Shown here: piece after piece, positions 22,201 to 34,207 of the stretch | How the letters are laid out: every line of letters begins with the position of its first letter | How positions within the stretch are numbered: position 1 is the stretch's first letter | Source: Azolla caroliniana | Lineage: Eukaryota; Plantae; Polypodiophyta | Assembly (NCBI GenBank): GCA_043228905.1 | Contig: JBHGNT010000002.1 | Location: forward strand, 992,001-1,056,000 | Direction of reading: 5' to 3' | DNA: 64,000 nucleotides | Program-made: the position numbers and the translations under genes | The notes under the pieces: generated by a model | Databases searched by the model: none | What the model was told of the DNA's origin: nothing | Seen by the model: only the letters and a program-made list of their open reading frames with translations

Positions 22201-24659
22201 AGGAACCAGCCGGTTACGGTGAGGATACCGAAACGGTAGAAGAAGAAGTAGAGGAAGCTGAAACCGGAACTGGCCAAGACCCCGAATCGGATTCGGATGA
22301 AGAGCAAATGGAGGAGCCGGTTACCGAAGCCCAAAGAAGGAGATATCCTCTCAGAGAGAGAAGGGGCCCCCGGAGATTTCTGGATGCAGAGCATGTGCTG
22401 CTGACCGATGAGGGGGAGCTAGAAAGCTTCGAAGAAGCGAAGGATGACACCCACAACCGCAAATGGTTAAGTGCCATGCAGGATGAGATGGATTCCCTAC
22501 ATTAGAACCATACGTATGAATTGGTGGAGTTGCCGAAAGGAAACCGGGCACTCCGAAATAAGTGGGTGTACAAGTTGAAACCGGGAGATGACAGCAACCC
22601 CCCAAGATACAAAGCCAGGATCGTGGTGAAGGGGTTCGAGCAGAAGAAGGGCGTGGACTTCGATGAGATATTTGCCCCGGTAGTAAAGATGACCTCCATC
22701 CGGACGGTGTTGAGTATAGCGGCAAGCATGGATCTCAAGGTAGAGCAGTTGGACGTGAAGACAACATTCCTTCACGGCAACCTCAAAGAGGAGATCTACA
22801 TGCAGCAACCGGAAGGATTCGTGGAGAAAGGGAAGTAGCACCTGGTATGTCGGTTGAAGAAGAGCCTGTACGGATTGAAGCAGACACCCCGACAATGGTA
22901 CCGGAAGTTCTCCTTCATGACAGATCAAGGGTACCACAAGACGCAAGCCGATCACTGCGTGTTTGTGAAGAAGTTCGAAGGAGGCGACTTCCTGATACTC
23001 CTTCTATACGTGGACGACATGTTGATCGTCGGACGGGACCAAGCCAAAATACGGAAGCTGAAGAAGGCTCTCAACCGAACCTTCTCAATGAAAGACTTCG
23101 GTCCGGCAAGACAAATGCTGGGGATGCATGTCATCCGGAACCGGCCAACGAAGCAATTGTGGCTGTCACAGGAGAAGTACGTGACAAAGGTGCTTCAGCG
23201 GTTCAACCTGTCAGATGCGAAACCGGTCGGATCGACACTTCCGGCAAACTACAGGTTATCCGGTAAGCAAAGCCCGAAGACGAAAGCAGAGAAGGCTGAT
23301 ATGATGAAGGTTCCATATGCCTCTGTCGTCGGGAGCTTGATGTACGCAATGGTGTGTACCCAATCGGATATAGGATACGCAGTCGGAGTGGTGAGCCGAT
23401 TCATGAGCAACCCTCGCAAGGAGCACTGGAACGCGGTCAAATGGATACTCCAGTACTTGAAGGGCACTTCAAATATGTGTCTCTGGTTCGGCTCCGGAAA
23501 ACCTCAACTTGACGGTTTTACCGATTCGGACATGTCGGCTGATGTGGATACCAGCCGGTCTACATCTGGGTATGTAATGACATATGCAGGGGGAGTTGTT
23601 TCATGGTAGTCGAGGTTGCTGAAGACGGTTGCGTTGTCAACCACGGAGGCGAAGTACATGGCGGTTGTGGAAGCCGACAAGGAAATATTATGTATGAAGG
23701 ACTTCATCGGAGAGCTCAGTATCCGGCAAGATGAATATCGGCTCTATTGCGACAGTCAAAGTGTCATCCACCTTACTAAGAATGTGGCCTACCATTCCCG
23801 GACGAAGCATATCCAGCATAGGTATCACTGGATCCGGGAAAGAGTAGATGACCAGGAGTTCGCGCTGACGAAGATCCATATAGCCGAGAACGGGTCAGAT
23901 ATGTTGACCAAAGTATTGATACCTGACAAGCTGGATGCATGCCAGAAGCGAGTCGGACTAGTAAGACATCCCATGCCGGAGTGAAGGGGGAGTTTGTTAG
24001 GAAACAGGTCCCTCCGGATGGGAAGTGAGAAGAACAGTACTGATGAGCAAACTCGGTCGAGGCCGAAACCGGATGTGGAAGACCCGGCTACGAAGACCCG
24101 GTGAGAACCGGATGACAAGGACCCGACAACGGAAGACCCGGTGAGAACCGGATGACGAGTACCCGGCAAGATCCGGATGATGCAGGCTCGGTGAGGAGCG
24201 CTCACCGGATGAAGGGACATATTCGTAAATATGTCGTCTGAGAGTCCATCGAGGCTATATTTGTAAATAGCTGAAAAGTCATATTAGTATAAATATGACT
24301 TAGGGCAAACTTATTGAGTGGTCGTCATTCTTGTTGGTGCAAGACTTGAGAGCGCGTAACAGCGTACAGAGAGAGAGAGAGAGGAAGAGGTTGTTGCCTC
24401 TGTTGTAACTGCCGCCTATGGCGAAGATCGTGAGCCCGAGGTCATTGCCTCCGTGAGCTCACTATTGTAATCATTGTGATATAGTGATAGTTTGGAGTCT
24501 ATGGACTCCCGTGGTTTTTCCCTCTCAGGGTTTTCCACATTAAACATCCTGTGTACTCTTCTCTCCTTTATGTCGTGAGTTCATTATCCGTTTTCTGTGT
24601 TTGATCTTAGACTCGGTTGTGGCCGAGCGTTGTATATCGGGAGCGTGTAGTTCCTATCA
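19205..24659 (+). mobile_element. Full-length Ty1/copia element G (family 1, Tork/Tnt1-like)
   Basis: 5' LTR 19205-19910, PBS-iMet 19914-19925, PPT 23982-23993, 3' LTR 23995-24659, TSD ATATC (19200-19204 and 24660-24664). Confidence 0.96.
19942..23984 (+). pseudogene. gag-pol polyprotein of element G, with a frameshift and several premature stops
   Basis: ATG at 19942; CFYCGKPGHFQKNC, WVVDSGAS, integrase (RADNGG), RT (YVDD) and RNase H (SDMLTK). Frameshift near 20880 and stops near 21195, 21471, 22503, 22836 and 23607. Confidence 0.9.
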
Positions 24660-26110
24660 ATATCATGGATATCAAACACACCAAGAACTTACTCTCCAGC
24701 CGATTCGAAATGAAAGGCATGAAGGAGCTCCATTAACTTCTAGGGATAGAAGTACTTCAGACTCCAAACAACATCATGATCTCCCAACGACACTATATCC
24801 TCAATCTTCTTTACAAGTTTGGGATGACAGAATGTAAGGTCGTCACCACCCCTCTTGATCGAAACCTAAAGCTAGAAGTTGAGTCTGGCACAAAAGAGTG
24901 TGAACCAACTCTCTATCGTCAGCTAATCGGAAGCCTAATCTATCTCACCGTCTCCCGACCAGATCTCAGTTACTCGGTCAGCCTCCTTAGCGAGTTCATG
25001 CAGACTCTGCATGACATTCATCTCAACTATGCTAAACGAGTGTTACACTATGTGGGTGGGACGATGGATTTCGGCATCCTCTATAGCTCAATCACACCTA
25101 TTTGACTCGAAGGGCACACCGATGATGATTGAGCAGGCTACAAAGCCGACAAACAATCAACATCAGGATTTGTCTTCTCTCTTGGTAGCAGCACCATATC
25201 GTGGAGTAGCAAAAAGAAACTAACAATTGCACTGTCGAGCACAAAAGCCGAATATAGGGGCGCGACCGTCGTCGCATGTGAAGTCGTTTGGTTAAAGCGT
25301 ATATTGAAGGATCTGGGCGTTCCCATCAAGGATCTGATTCTCCTGTATTGCGACAACATGAGCAACATCTACCTATCCCAAAACCTAGATTTCCACGTTC
25401 GGACTTAGTGCATTGAGGTGCACTATCATTTCATCTAAGAATGTGTCCTTGCCGGAGACGTCGACATGCAACACATCAACACATATCTGCAGACGGCCGA
25501 CATCTTCACAAAGGCCCTAGGCGATGATAGTTCACGACGAACATCGGTCTCTCAATCACCAACCAACTGAGCTTGAGGGGGAGTATGGATAAGGAGCTAT
25601 ATGACGCGACGTCGAACGGACTAGAGTAAACACAAGGGTGAGTCGGCTATTTGAAGCCGAAGCCGTAATCGACTCAAAGCCGACCCGAAGATCAGTCCAA
25701 ACCAACTTCTGAGAGACTGGAAGTTGTGTTTGAGGGGGTGTGTTGAGAATCAAATTCAACTTCCCTAGTGTGGGAACACACCCTAGTATACTCAAGTGTG
25801 AACACCCCACTTACTAATATAGTAACTAGTGTGTCATAGAACCTTAAAGTTCTATGACACATATTCAGTGTAGTTAAGTCTCCACCTCTCTTTAGTAAGT
25901 GGTGGTTGTATAGAGAGAAGGTGTCTATATAAGGACCTTTCTCTCCCTCTTTGTACTATTGGTTCATTCTTGTTCTTGTTAATATAGTTTTTCTCATTTT
26001 CTGTATAACTCTATTTTCTCTCTCTCTTTACACACACACCTTCCGTTGCACACAGAATCATATCTGATTCTTTATAGGGAACAACTTCCATGCTCAAATG
26101 TCCTTGCAAA

Positions 26111-26220
26111 ATGTATGCAAAATGTGGAAGTATGCTCGAAGCTCAACAAGTCTTTGCTACTAGACAAGCAATAAGTCTTATTGAATGGACTAGTTTAATT
26201 TCAAGATATGCTTGAAACAG
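26111..26220 (+). pseudogene. PLS-class PPR gene fragment
   Basis: Hand translation MYAKCGSMLEAQQVFATRQAISLIEWTSLISRYA*, a typical PLS PPR motif pair. Confidence 0.65.
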
Positions 26221-26388
26221 AGAAACTGTACAGAAAACAGTTAGCACAATTATGGTTTCAAATATCCATTGCAAAAGCTTTACGAGTTCACCTTTGCACT
26301 TCTCCCATCAAAATTACAACTATGTCTCTCTCACTCTAGTAGGATAATAAGGTTTATAAACATTACCTTATATCTCATTATAATGTTA

Positions 26389-26390
<2 letters not shown>

Positions 26391-26433
<43 letters not shown>
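26391..26433. repeat. (CT)n microsatellite
   Basis: Direct reading. Confidence 0.95.
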
Positions 26434-26436
<3 letters not shown>

Positions 26437-26807
26437 AAGGAATCTTTAGTGTATCCCTAGATTGTAGTATCAGAGGTGAATTGTCCAATGACTCCACAAG
26501 ATTGCATGAACATCTATGTGTTGTGTGAGCCATGCATGGCACATGCGAAGGGATGAGGTCAATTCGTTTGTAAAGTTTGACAATGCCTTAACGAGGAGCT
26601 ACCACAAAATCATGCAACATCTCCTCTCAAACACAATTGTTGCTAATGTAGAGTGCATTACATGCAAGAATCCAGTACCTTAATGTCTTGATGGCTTAGT
26701 GCGCTCAATTTGGAAACCCTAAGAGGTATGTAAAATGTTTGTCAACATTTTGAATCATTGGAAAAAAGAAATTATAAATTATGGATGCTCTAACATTTTG
26801 TGCGTGT

Positions 26808-27029
26808 GCTTGAAGTATTATTTTAGGTGGCTCTTAGTGACATCAATGTAATGGGCATTGTTTGTGTCATGTTGTCTTTAGCCCCACTATTAATAGTGAT
26901 CACTTTGTGATCCGATGCACGCTTGAAGTATTATTTTAGATGGCTCTTAGTGACATCAATGTAATGGGCATTGTTTGTGTCATGATGTCTTTAGCCCCAC
27001 TATTAATATTGATCACTTTGTGATCCGAT
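26808..27029. repeat. Tandem duplication of a ~113-bp unit (2 copies)
   Basis: GCTTGAAGTATTATTTTAG...GTGATCCGAT occurs at 26808 and again at 26921. Confidence 0.9.
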
Positions 27030-27494
27030 TAACATCCTAAAGGTATCCCAATATAACATTCCTATTTTTAGCGCACAAGCTATTTAGTAGGATCCAACTT
27101 CAAGGTGCCACAAAGTTGTTTCATGGTTTTATCTACAACCGAACACTCCCCTTCTTACATATTTCACGCATTCGAGAACTTTGGTAGATGGTGAAGCCAT
27201 GTTAATCTTTGATGCAAGAAAAAGTCATCAATGATCTATGATGCACTTTTTCAATGATGGTTTCTTTAACAAACACCTTGGTTGCATTCCCACTCTCACC
27301 TCCTTTACTACATATTGAGTTGCCATAACTGTAAATAACATATGAAAGAGAATATCTAGGTTGATATTTAGTTTCCCCCCATGTCTAAATTGGCTAATCA
27401 GCAATTCACGTATAAAATCCTTAGTGGAACTTTTGTGTCAAGTTCAGACATGGAACAATGCTCTTAGATTTTTAGTCACATCCTTGCATGTTTT

Positions 27495-27531
27495 TTTTTC
27501 CAAAAAAAGAAACTCCTTCCATTAGTTATAA
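27495..27531 (-). mobile_element. Extremely 5'-truncated non-LTR retroposed tail (~37 bp) with TSD
   Basis: Shared tail motif flanked by ACATCCTTGCATGTTTT (27478-27494) and ACATCTTTGCATGTTTT (27532-27548). Confidence 0.7.
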
Positions 27532-28464
27532 ACATCTTTGCATGTTTTACTCATGGTCAATTCATGTTTGGTTGCCAATATTTATTGTATCAAAGGAGAC
27601 CGACAATTCAATGCAAATGCACTAAATGAAATTGCAATTTTTGGTTATCTCACACTTAATAAATAACATTGCATTTATACTCTAATACAAAAATCTTTTG
27701 GAGAAAAGCTTGTTAATTGAGAGCTATGATATATGATGATTTGAAAGTTAAAATATTTATGAGGCATTGCCACCGTTTTCAAAACTCGCTTGTAGAAAAT
27801 GAATCGATTTTGTACCAAGCCAACTTTTACGAAAAAAGTTTTAGTAACTTGATCTCAAAATCAATATGTGTATGTCTCTTTTTACATACAATAAACATCA
27901 CGTTTTGTTTACCATGTACGAATCATAATATTTGCAACGCTTGGCTCTTTGTGAGCATTATGGTTTCTGCAATATAGACAAACATTTCTTTGATTCACAG
28001 ACGTAATCCCACGATTTTTACACATTGCATGATGAGAGAGGTGTGGGATTGTAATTCATTTGAATGTGCGGGACATCTAATCTCACAATAACTTGTAAAT
28101 ATCATTTCTTAAATAACATGATGTTGATAATTCTTCATTGAGTCTTTCAGTTACACAACTCCATGATGATTAGAAATCCAAGTATGTTATGAGAGAGCTT
28201 AGTTCTCTAACAATCTACTTGTGTGCAACAAGTTCGAGTTGGAGACATTTTGAATGGAAATTCTTAACTCTTTTGATGGAAAACGAAGGAGCCTAAGTGT
28301 AAATATGAATATCTAAGATAAAAAACAACTTAGTGATGATTTGGGTATGTTGCCTTACCAACAAATCCATGTAACAATGAGGATTTTCCTACGGATGTGT
28401 TCCATATACACAATGATAAATATGAATGCATATTTTTATGGTTTGGTCAACAATATCCATGTGC

Positions 28465-28565
28465 CATTGTCTTACACAATACGGGCTTGGGGAAAAAACA
28501 CTTTGTATGTTGCAGCTATTATTACCCTTTTTATACAACTAATGGAAGGATATTTTGTTTTGATT
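28465..28565 (+). mobile_element. Non-LTR 3' tail remnant
   Basis: CCATTGTCTTACACAA..GGGCTTGGG followed by AACTAATGGAAGGATA, homologous to the inverted copy at 55672-55790. Confidence 0.55.
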
Positions 28566-29685
28566 TTTTTATTATCCATGTGCCATTACGATAATAAGAT
28601 GATGTTATTAATGGTAAATTGAGTTGATTTGTAGTAATAATATTTCTTCATGGTATTCTAATGTATCAATGCACACTTCAAATGTGGAACACTCATGTTT
28701 TCTTCCAGAGACCATCATAACACAAACCTGTTATCTAGTTTAAGAAATCAAAATATGGGTTCATTGAAATACTATGCTATAAGAAAAATCCTCATATAAA
28801 GGGTAATTTGAACTCTACCCCACACTATGTACCTCAATAGAAACATAAGAGCTAAAATATTGATATTGATTTTTTTATTGCTAATACTTTACTTGCTGAA
28901 TCTAGTTATACATATGATTGAATACGCTTGTAACTATGTATTGATCATGCTCCTAGTGAACTATTCATCGAGAGCCTAACCAATCTTAATTGTGCTCAGA
29001 GTAGACTATTATGCTTGAGCGTTCACCTCATGTATGGTGGTTGATCTAGCATTCACAAATCCGTGGGGTGTTTCACTAATGCTTTATTATATTAACGAAT
29101 TTTTCTAATATGAAAGTAGTTCAATCGATTAAAAATATAAGGGGAGCAGTTAAAATATTATGTTTAAGGACTTATGGTGAAAGTTTCACTCTTACTTTTT
29201 TGTGAAAGGAGTAATAGTTTTAATTATTATTAGATGTAGGGTTCACGAAAGTGAGTATTAAGACATACAAATTTCGGACAAAAATTAGGCATTGATTCCA
29301 CGATGAAAAGGTAGTTAAAAAAGGGTTTTCTCGAAACAAAAAAGCGTGATTGAGTGCACTTATAAACACAAAGCATATCCTATTATACAACTATATAAGA
29401 ATTAAACTTTGAAATGTTGTTTTCTATTAAGGAGCGATCAATCATGAGTCGTTTGATTTTAAACCAATTTAAATAATAGTTAAAAATGGTCATAGGACTA
29501 AACTCTTCAATTAATTGATCCACTCATAATTTTCCCTTGCCTCGACTTAAATGCACAAATCATGATGCAACTCTCATGTGCTCCTCGATCCTTTGGAATT
29601 AGGCATGTATTTCAATTTGGATAATGAGATCAACCATTTTAGTAGAGATTTGTCGAGAGAGGTCTTGAAGAGAGCTTAAAGAGAT

Positions 29686-29688
<3 letters not shown>

Positions 29689-29735
<47 letters not shown>
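29689..29735. repeat. Compound (GT)n(GA)n microsatellite
   Basis: Direct reading. Confidence 0.95.
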
Positions 29736-30431
29736 CCGGGCTCGAATCTAAACGGTTGCCTTAAAATTGCCCAGATGGATGTAGCTCAGTTGGTAAGGTT
29801 GCCCAGAGGAGCATTACATGGTGGCTTCATCTGATCAAGGTAGGGTGATGTTGTCAATTGATGCAATAAGCTAAGGTATTCATTTCGAGAGTAATGGTTG
29901 GAGCTTTACCATTGATGGATCCATTGCACAATAGAAACATTGCTAGAGGCATGTGTTTCTTTTGTTTGGTGGAATTGGAAAACCCTAAACCCTTGATTTC
30001 TTTCATGCCCTATGGCTAGAATAGTTTGGAGTTGTATCAATTTTGTGTAAATGTCTTTAACTTGAGTAAGACTATCTTCATTCAATTTGGGTTTTACACA
30101 TGTGGTAAACAATGAACGGATGCCTCATTTCCAAATTATTTTTGAGTTCTTGAAGCATTGGGGGCTATGATTCAATTGGAATATGTGGAATAGCTTCACT
30201 CTTGATTCAAAAGATGGGTTGAGAAAATATATTGTAACTTTAAAAGGACTTCTTTTATGGCAAATGACAGTGCTAGAGAAGTCATGAAATCTCAACAATG
30301 AAGAGAGAGAACTCTACAAGGTCACATATCCTCATATTCGACATTTGAATTGGTGTGGGGTGGGATTGAGTATCATTGTAGTATTTAGATCCCTAGAAGG
30401 GTTCTATACTTTCTTTCTTTCTTTTTTCTTT

Positions 30432-30780
30432 CTTTTTTCCAAAAACATTCTACTTCCATTAGTTAAGAAAAAGCACATAGGATAATATACAACTCATATG
30501 TTACAAGCCACTTTGCAATGGCTACAAGAAAACATCATGTATAAATGAAGCAACGAAAGCCTCGTCACAAAATTACTCGACAGACTCCCCTCAACATGAG
30601 CCTCACACAACCCACATTCAGCAAAGACACCCTCCAATCTCTTCACAATTCAACACCTACCTCTATGTTTGGTACCCTAGGAGGAAACAACCACCGGGGT
30701 GGCTGATAAATCCACTTTGCATTGCCATAGTGGTGTTTTTTTCTTTCATAATGGAAGCCACTATTTACACGAGTGAGAAA
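30432..30780 (-). mobile_element. 5'-truncated LINE 3' end
   Basis: Minus-strand peptide AKWIYQPPRWLFPP at about 30680-30720, then a 3' UTR ending in the shared tail motif and an A-rich tract. Confidence 0.6.
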
Positions 30781-33700
30781 GGGAGGTTTTAAGTACACAT
30801 GCAAACCAATTCTACATTGTTTTGTTCTACATGTGGGAAAAACAAATTATGTTACCCTTAGTAAAAAGGCATTATTATTGAAATAGTCATCCAGGTTGGA
30901 CAAAATTTCATGGAGGTTTAGCATTGAAATAGCGTTCTCGTTCAAATTTGAAAAAGATCATTTGAGTTGAAAAGGACGAAGCAAGTTTTATTTCTTACAT
31001 ATGGCTTTTCCCGCATTGTGGGTCTAGTTGATAGAGTCCCTTATATGAGGGATACTTTTACATACGCCTTTCAATACATACATCTATATATATTATTATA
31101 TATATACTTTTACCCACTTTTGAAATACTCTTAGAAATCTTTCAAAAACTCGAATATGAACTTTTACATTGATATATTGCACATATTTTATTTTGTTGTC
31201 AAACAAGGCATAGAGCATAAATGGATTGTTGCATTAAAATATTGCTCTTGATTTTGAAAGATTCTAAAGAGTTACGTTTCCTGTAACAACTACGACTTCT
31301 AACCTATAGGCTGGCTGAAACATGTCATATTAGAGGTCACTTTATATGCTTGTATGAATGGCCATAATGCTCAAGTTCTTCTTCCAAGCCTAGTCAATTT
31401 CTTTCATTGGTTTCTTTAAAACACGCATCCAAGAGTTATTAGTGCTTCCACTATGTCCTTTGGTTAATGTATTTTTGCTTTCTTATGGATGAGCTTGTTC
31501 TTACTAGGAAGTTGCTTTCTTACTTTGCTAATGGAAGCACTTCCTTAGACTAGTAACTCAATCAAACCATTGATAACAATTTATTTATCCATAATAAACT
31601 AGTCATCATAAAGTTTGATCACTGCTACAATTAATGGATATACTTCTATGAATATATCCAATTCTCAATTTTTTGTGAACATGTGACTTGGAGCAAACAA
31701 TTTCTCCAACCTAAATGCATTGAGAGAACTCTCAATAGAAATAAATTTCTAGCTCCAACATGTAGAGATATAAAAATACCATACTGGTGTTTTTGCATGT
31801 TCTTATGCCAAAAAAATGTTGCAGTTTATGGAACTCGAGATTGAGTAACAATAGAAGGCAATGTGTGTAGATAGTTGACATACATGTTTACCTATATATC
31901 AAAAAGGCTTCATAATTCACAACCCGATAAAAAGAATTCCCAACCACTTCATGAGATTGTTAACTTCTTCGGAAAAGAACTTATGATGTACTCGTGTGTA
32001 AACCTAGATCAGTGTCCTATGGAATAATAGCACGTCATGGTAGCCAAATGGTCATCGAACTCGTACTAAATCTTAATATACATTGCGATTGTGTTTAAGT
32101 TGATTTCTCAGTGTAATCCATTCATTTGGTTCATTTATAGATTGATTTGTACAACTTGAACCATTCAAACAATCCTCCTAGTGTAGTTAGTTATCATTTT
32201 GGAAGCCCCACTTTCTAATGGAGTAAATGACGGTACCAATCTTGAAAACGATGTAATTAATAACCAATAACCAATAACCAATAACGATACAACACCACAT
32301 ATGAGAATCATTTCAACACATCAAAAACATGGCGAGCAAATATTTCGGCGTTCTTATGAGAAGCTAACATTGTCAACAACCAAAAAAAGGAGAAGTTTTC
32401 TCTTTTTGCCCAATGTCCTGACAAAAATTTGGGGAAAAAATGAAGGGCACCTACGATCTATTATTAACAATGCCAAAAAGCTTGGCGCTTCTTATACTTT
32501 AAGAGCAACGATATTCGTGGTGCGATTAGGAATAGCAAAAAGTGATACCCCCCCCCCCCCCCCCAAAAAAAAAAAAAAAACCATACATCATTGTCCAACT
32601 TTTAAAGGTGCCAAAAGTAGATGGTCTTATCTTGCCTTCTTTTTGTCACATCTTTGTCTACTTCTTCACAATCATGCCATTACATGCCTTCTTCCTATCT
32701 CTTTGTTTCTTTCTTCTTCTTGGGGAAATGGCTTTTGTTGCTCCTCTTTCTACACCTGTTTCGATCTTTTTCATGGGAAAATGGAAGAGTGTTATTAAAG
32801 AAGAAAGGTATCTTTATCGTGGCTTTTGGAATACAATATTGTTTTGGAACATGGGGTATATAGAAACCATAAAGACTAGAGAGACACACCACATATGATC
32901 TTCAATTAAGAACCAAGTACTATAATCAAATGAATGTAGCTATAGTTGTCCACGAGTAGAAAATCAATAGTCCCAATGACTAGGCTACATGGCAATTAAT
33001 TTTGTGAGCTTGATCGATTGAGATTGAGTTGTTTGTAACTTCAAAAAAAATAGTGATAATTTTTTGGGGGACAAAAATATGGCCTTTTTTGAAAGAGAAA
33101 AGAAGAAGCCCTTTTTGCCTACATTTCACCTTCTTTGGAATGTTATTTGTGCTAAGGGCTAATCCAACATGTCAATATTTTCACCTTGTCTATCTTCCTT
33201 ACCTTTGCATTCTCACCATGCTTGATCAACCGTCTCAATGGGTAGTCCAATGGCTTTGCATCTATACTCTCTAGCATATCACTATGTGTAAATGCAACAA
33301 AAGATAAATTAGAATGCAACCCTAAAAGAAAGTTACCTTCATTTTGTTCTTTAAAACTCCATCTTCTTGTTTTGAAAAGAAAACCTCACTTGACATAGCT
33401 TGCCAAAATAACTTCCGACTCATGTAATATGGACTCCATTTGATGTCCAGATCATTGGCTCTTGTCTTTAGCTTCACCCTCAACTAGCCACATCATCATT
33501 TGATGAACCAAGCAATTATTGGTGCAACCAAAGCAAAACACAAATACCATGGATGTTGTAGGTAAGATGGTATGCCTATCCCTCTTCACGATCACCTCAT
33601 CCACCTTAAAGCACTTTAAAGGATCGCTAATCTAACCATATTTATATACAATGAAAGATTCCTTAAAGGGAGCTGAATTTCACACGAGTCATTGCCAATC

Positions 33701-34207
33701 ATGACATACTCATTGGCATTGCTCTCAATATCAATTTTATATGACCATGGCCATTCTAAGTTAGTTCCTTGAAATCAAGTGAATGAGGCACTTTTGTTCT
33801 ATACATCCTCATTATGTCTTAAAGAACATTTTTCCATCACACTACATTTAGAGCAAACCAATATACTCCATTTGTGTTTTTTGATAGGTTGCAATCATGC
33901 TAGATTTGCATCTCCAAACAGAAATGGAAGATTGATGGAAGTTTGCAGCTTGTGCTAATGAGCTCAAACGTAGTGAGAGATGGATATTATATTTGTTCTA
34001 TATGCTTGATAAACCAGCACCTTGTGCTCAAATGATAATTTTGTATAGCATATTGCAATTTCACTCTTAATTTGATTGAAGATCCGAACTCTTGAATATT
34101 ATTAACAAACCCACCTCTATAATGTTTTACAAAATAACAAAGAATACACGCATTATAATATTATGTATATGTGTATATTATATATATATATATATTTGCC
34201 TCTAGAA

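Larger units (their letters stand above)
18515..26076 (+). mobile_element. Older copia family 2-related element F (RT, RNase H, 3' LTR), split by element G
   Basis: RT in 18619-19200 resumes at 24660 (MISQRHYILNLL...GSLIYLTVSRPDL...ADIFTKAL). PPT TGAGGGGG at about 25731; LTR starts TGTTGAGA at 25741 with an approximate end near 26076. Confidence 0.8.

Noticed and set aside
29771-29800. tRNA-like A box GTAGCTCAGTTGGTAAG
   Set aside because: No B box, T-arm or cloverleaf follows. At most it is a decayed SINE head.
32301-33274. Several short ORFs downstream of SMXL
   Set aside because: AT-rich, homopolymer-driven and without domain motifs. They do not look like a missing SMXL exon.
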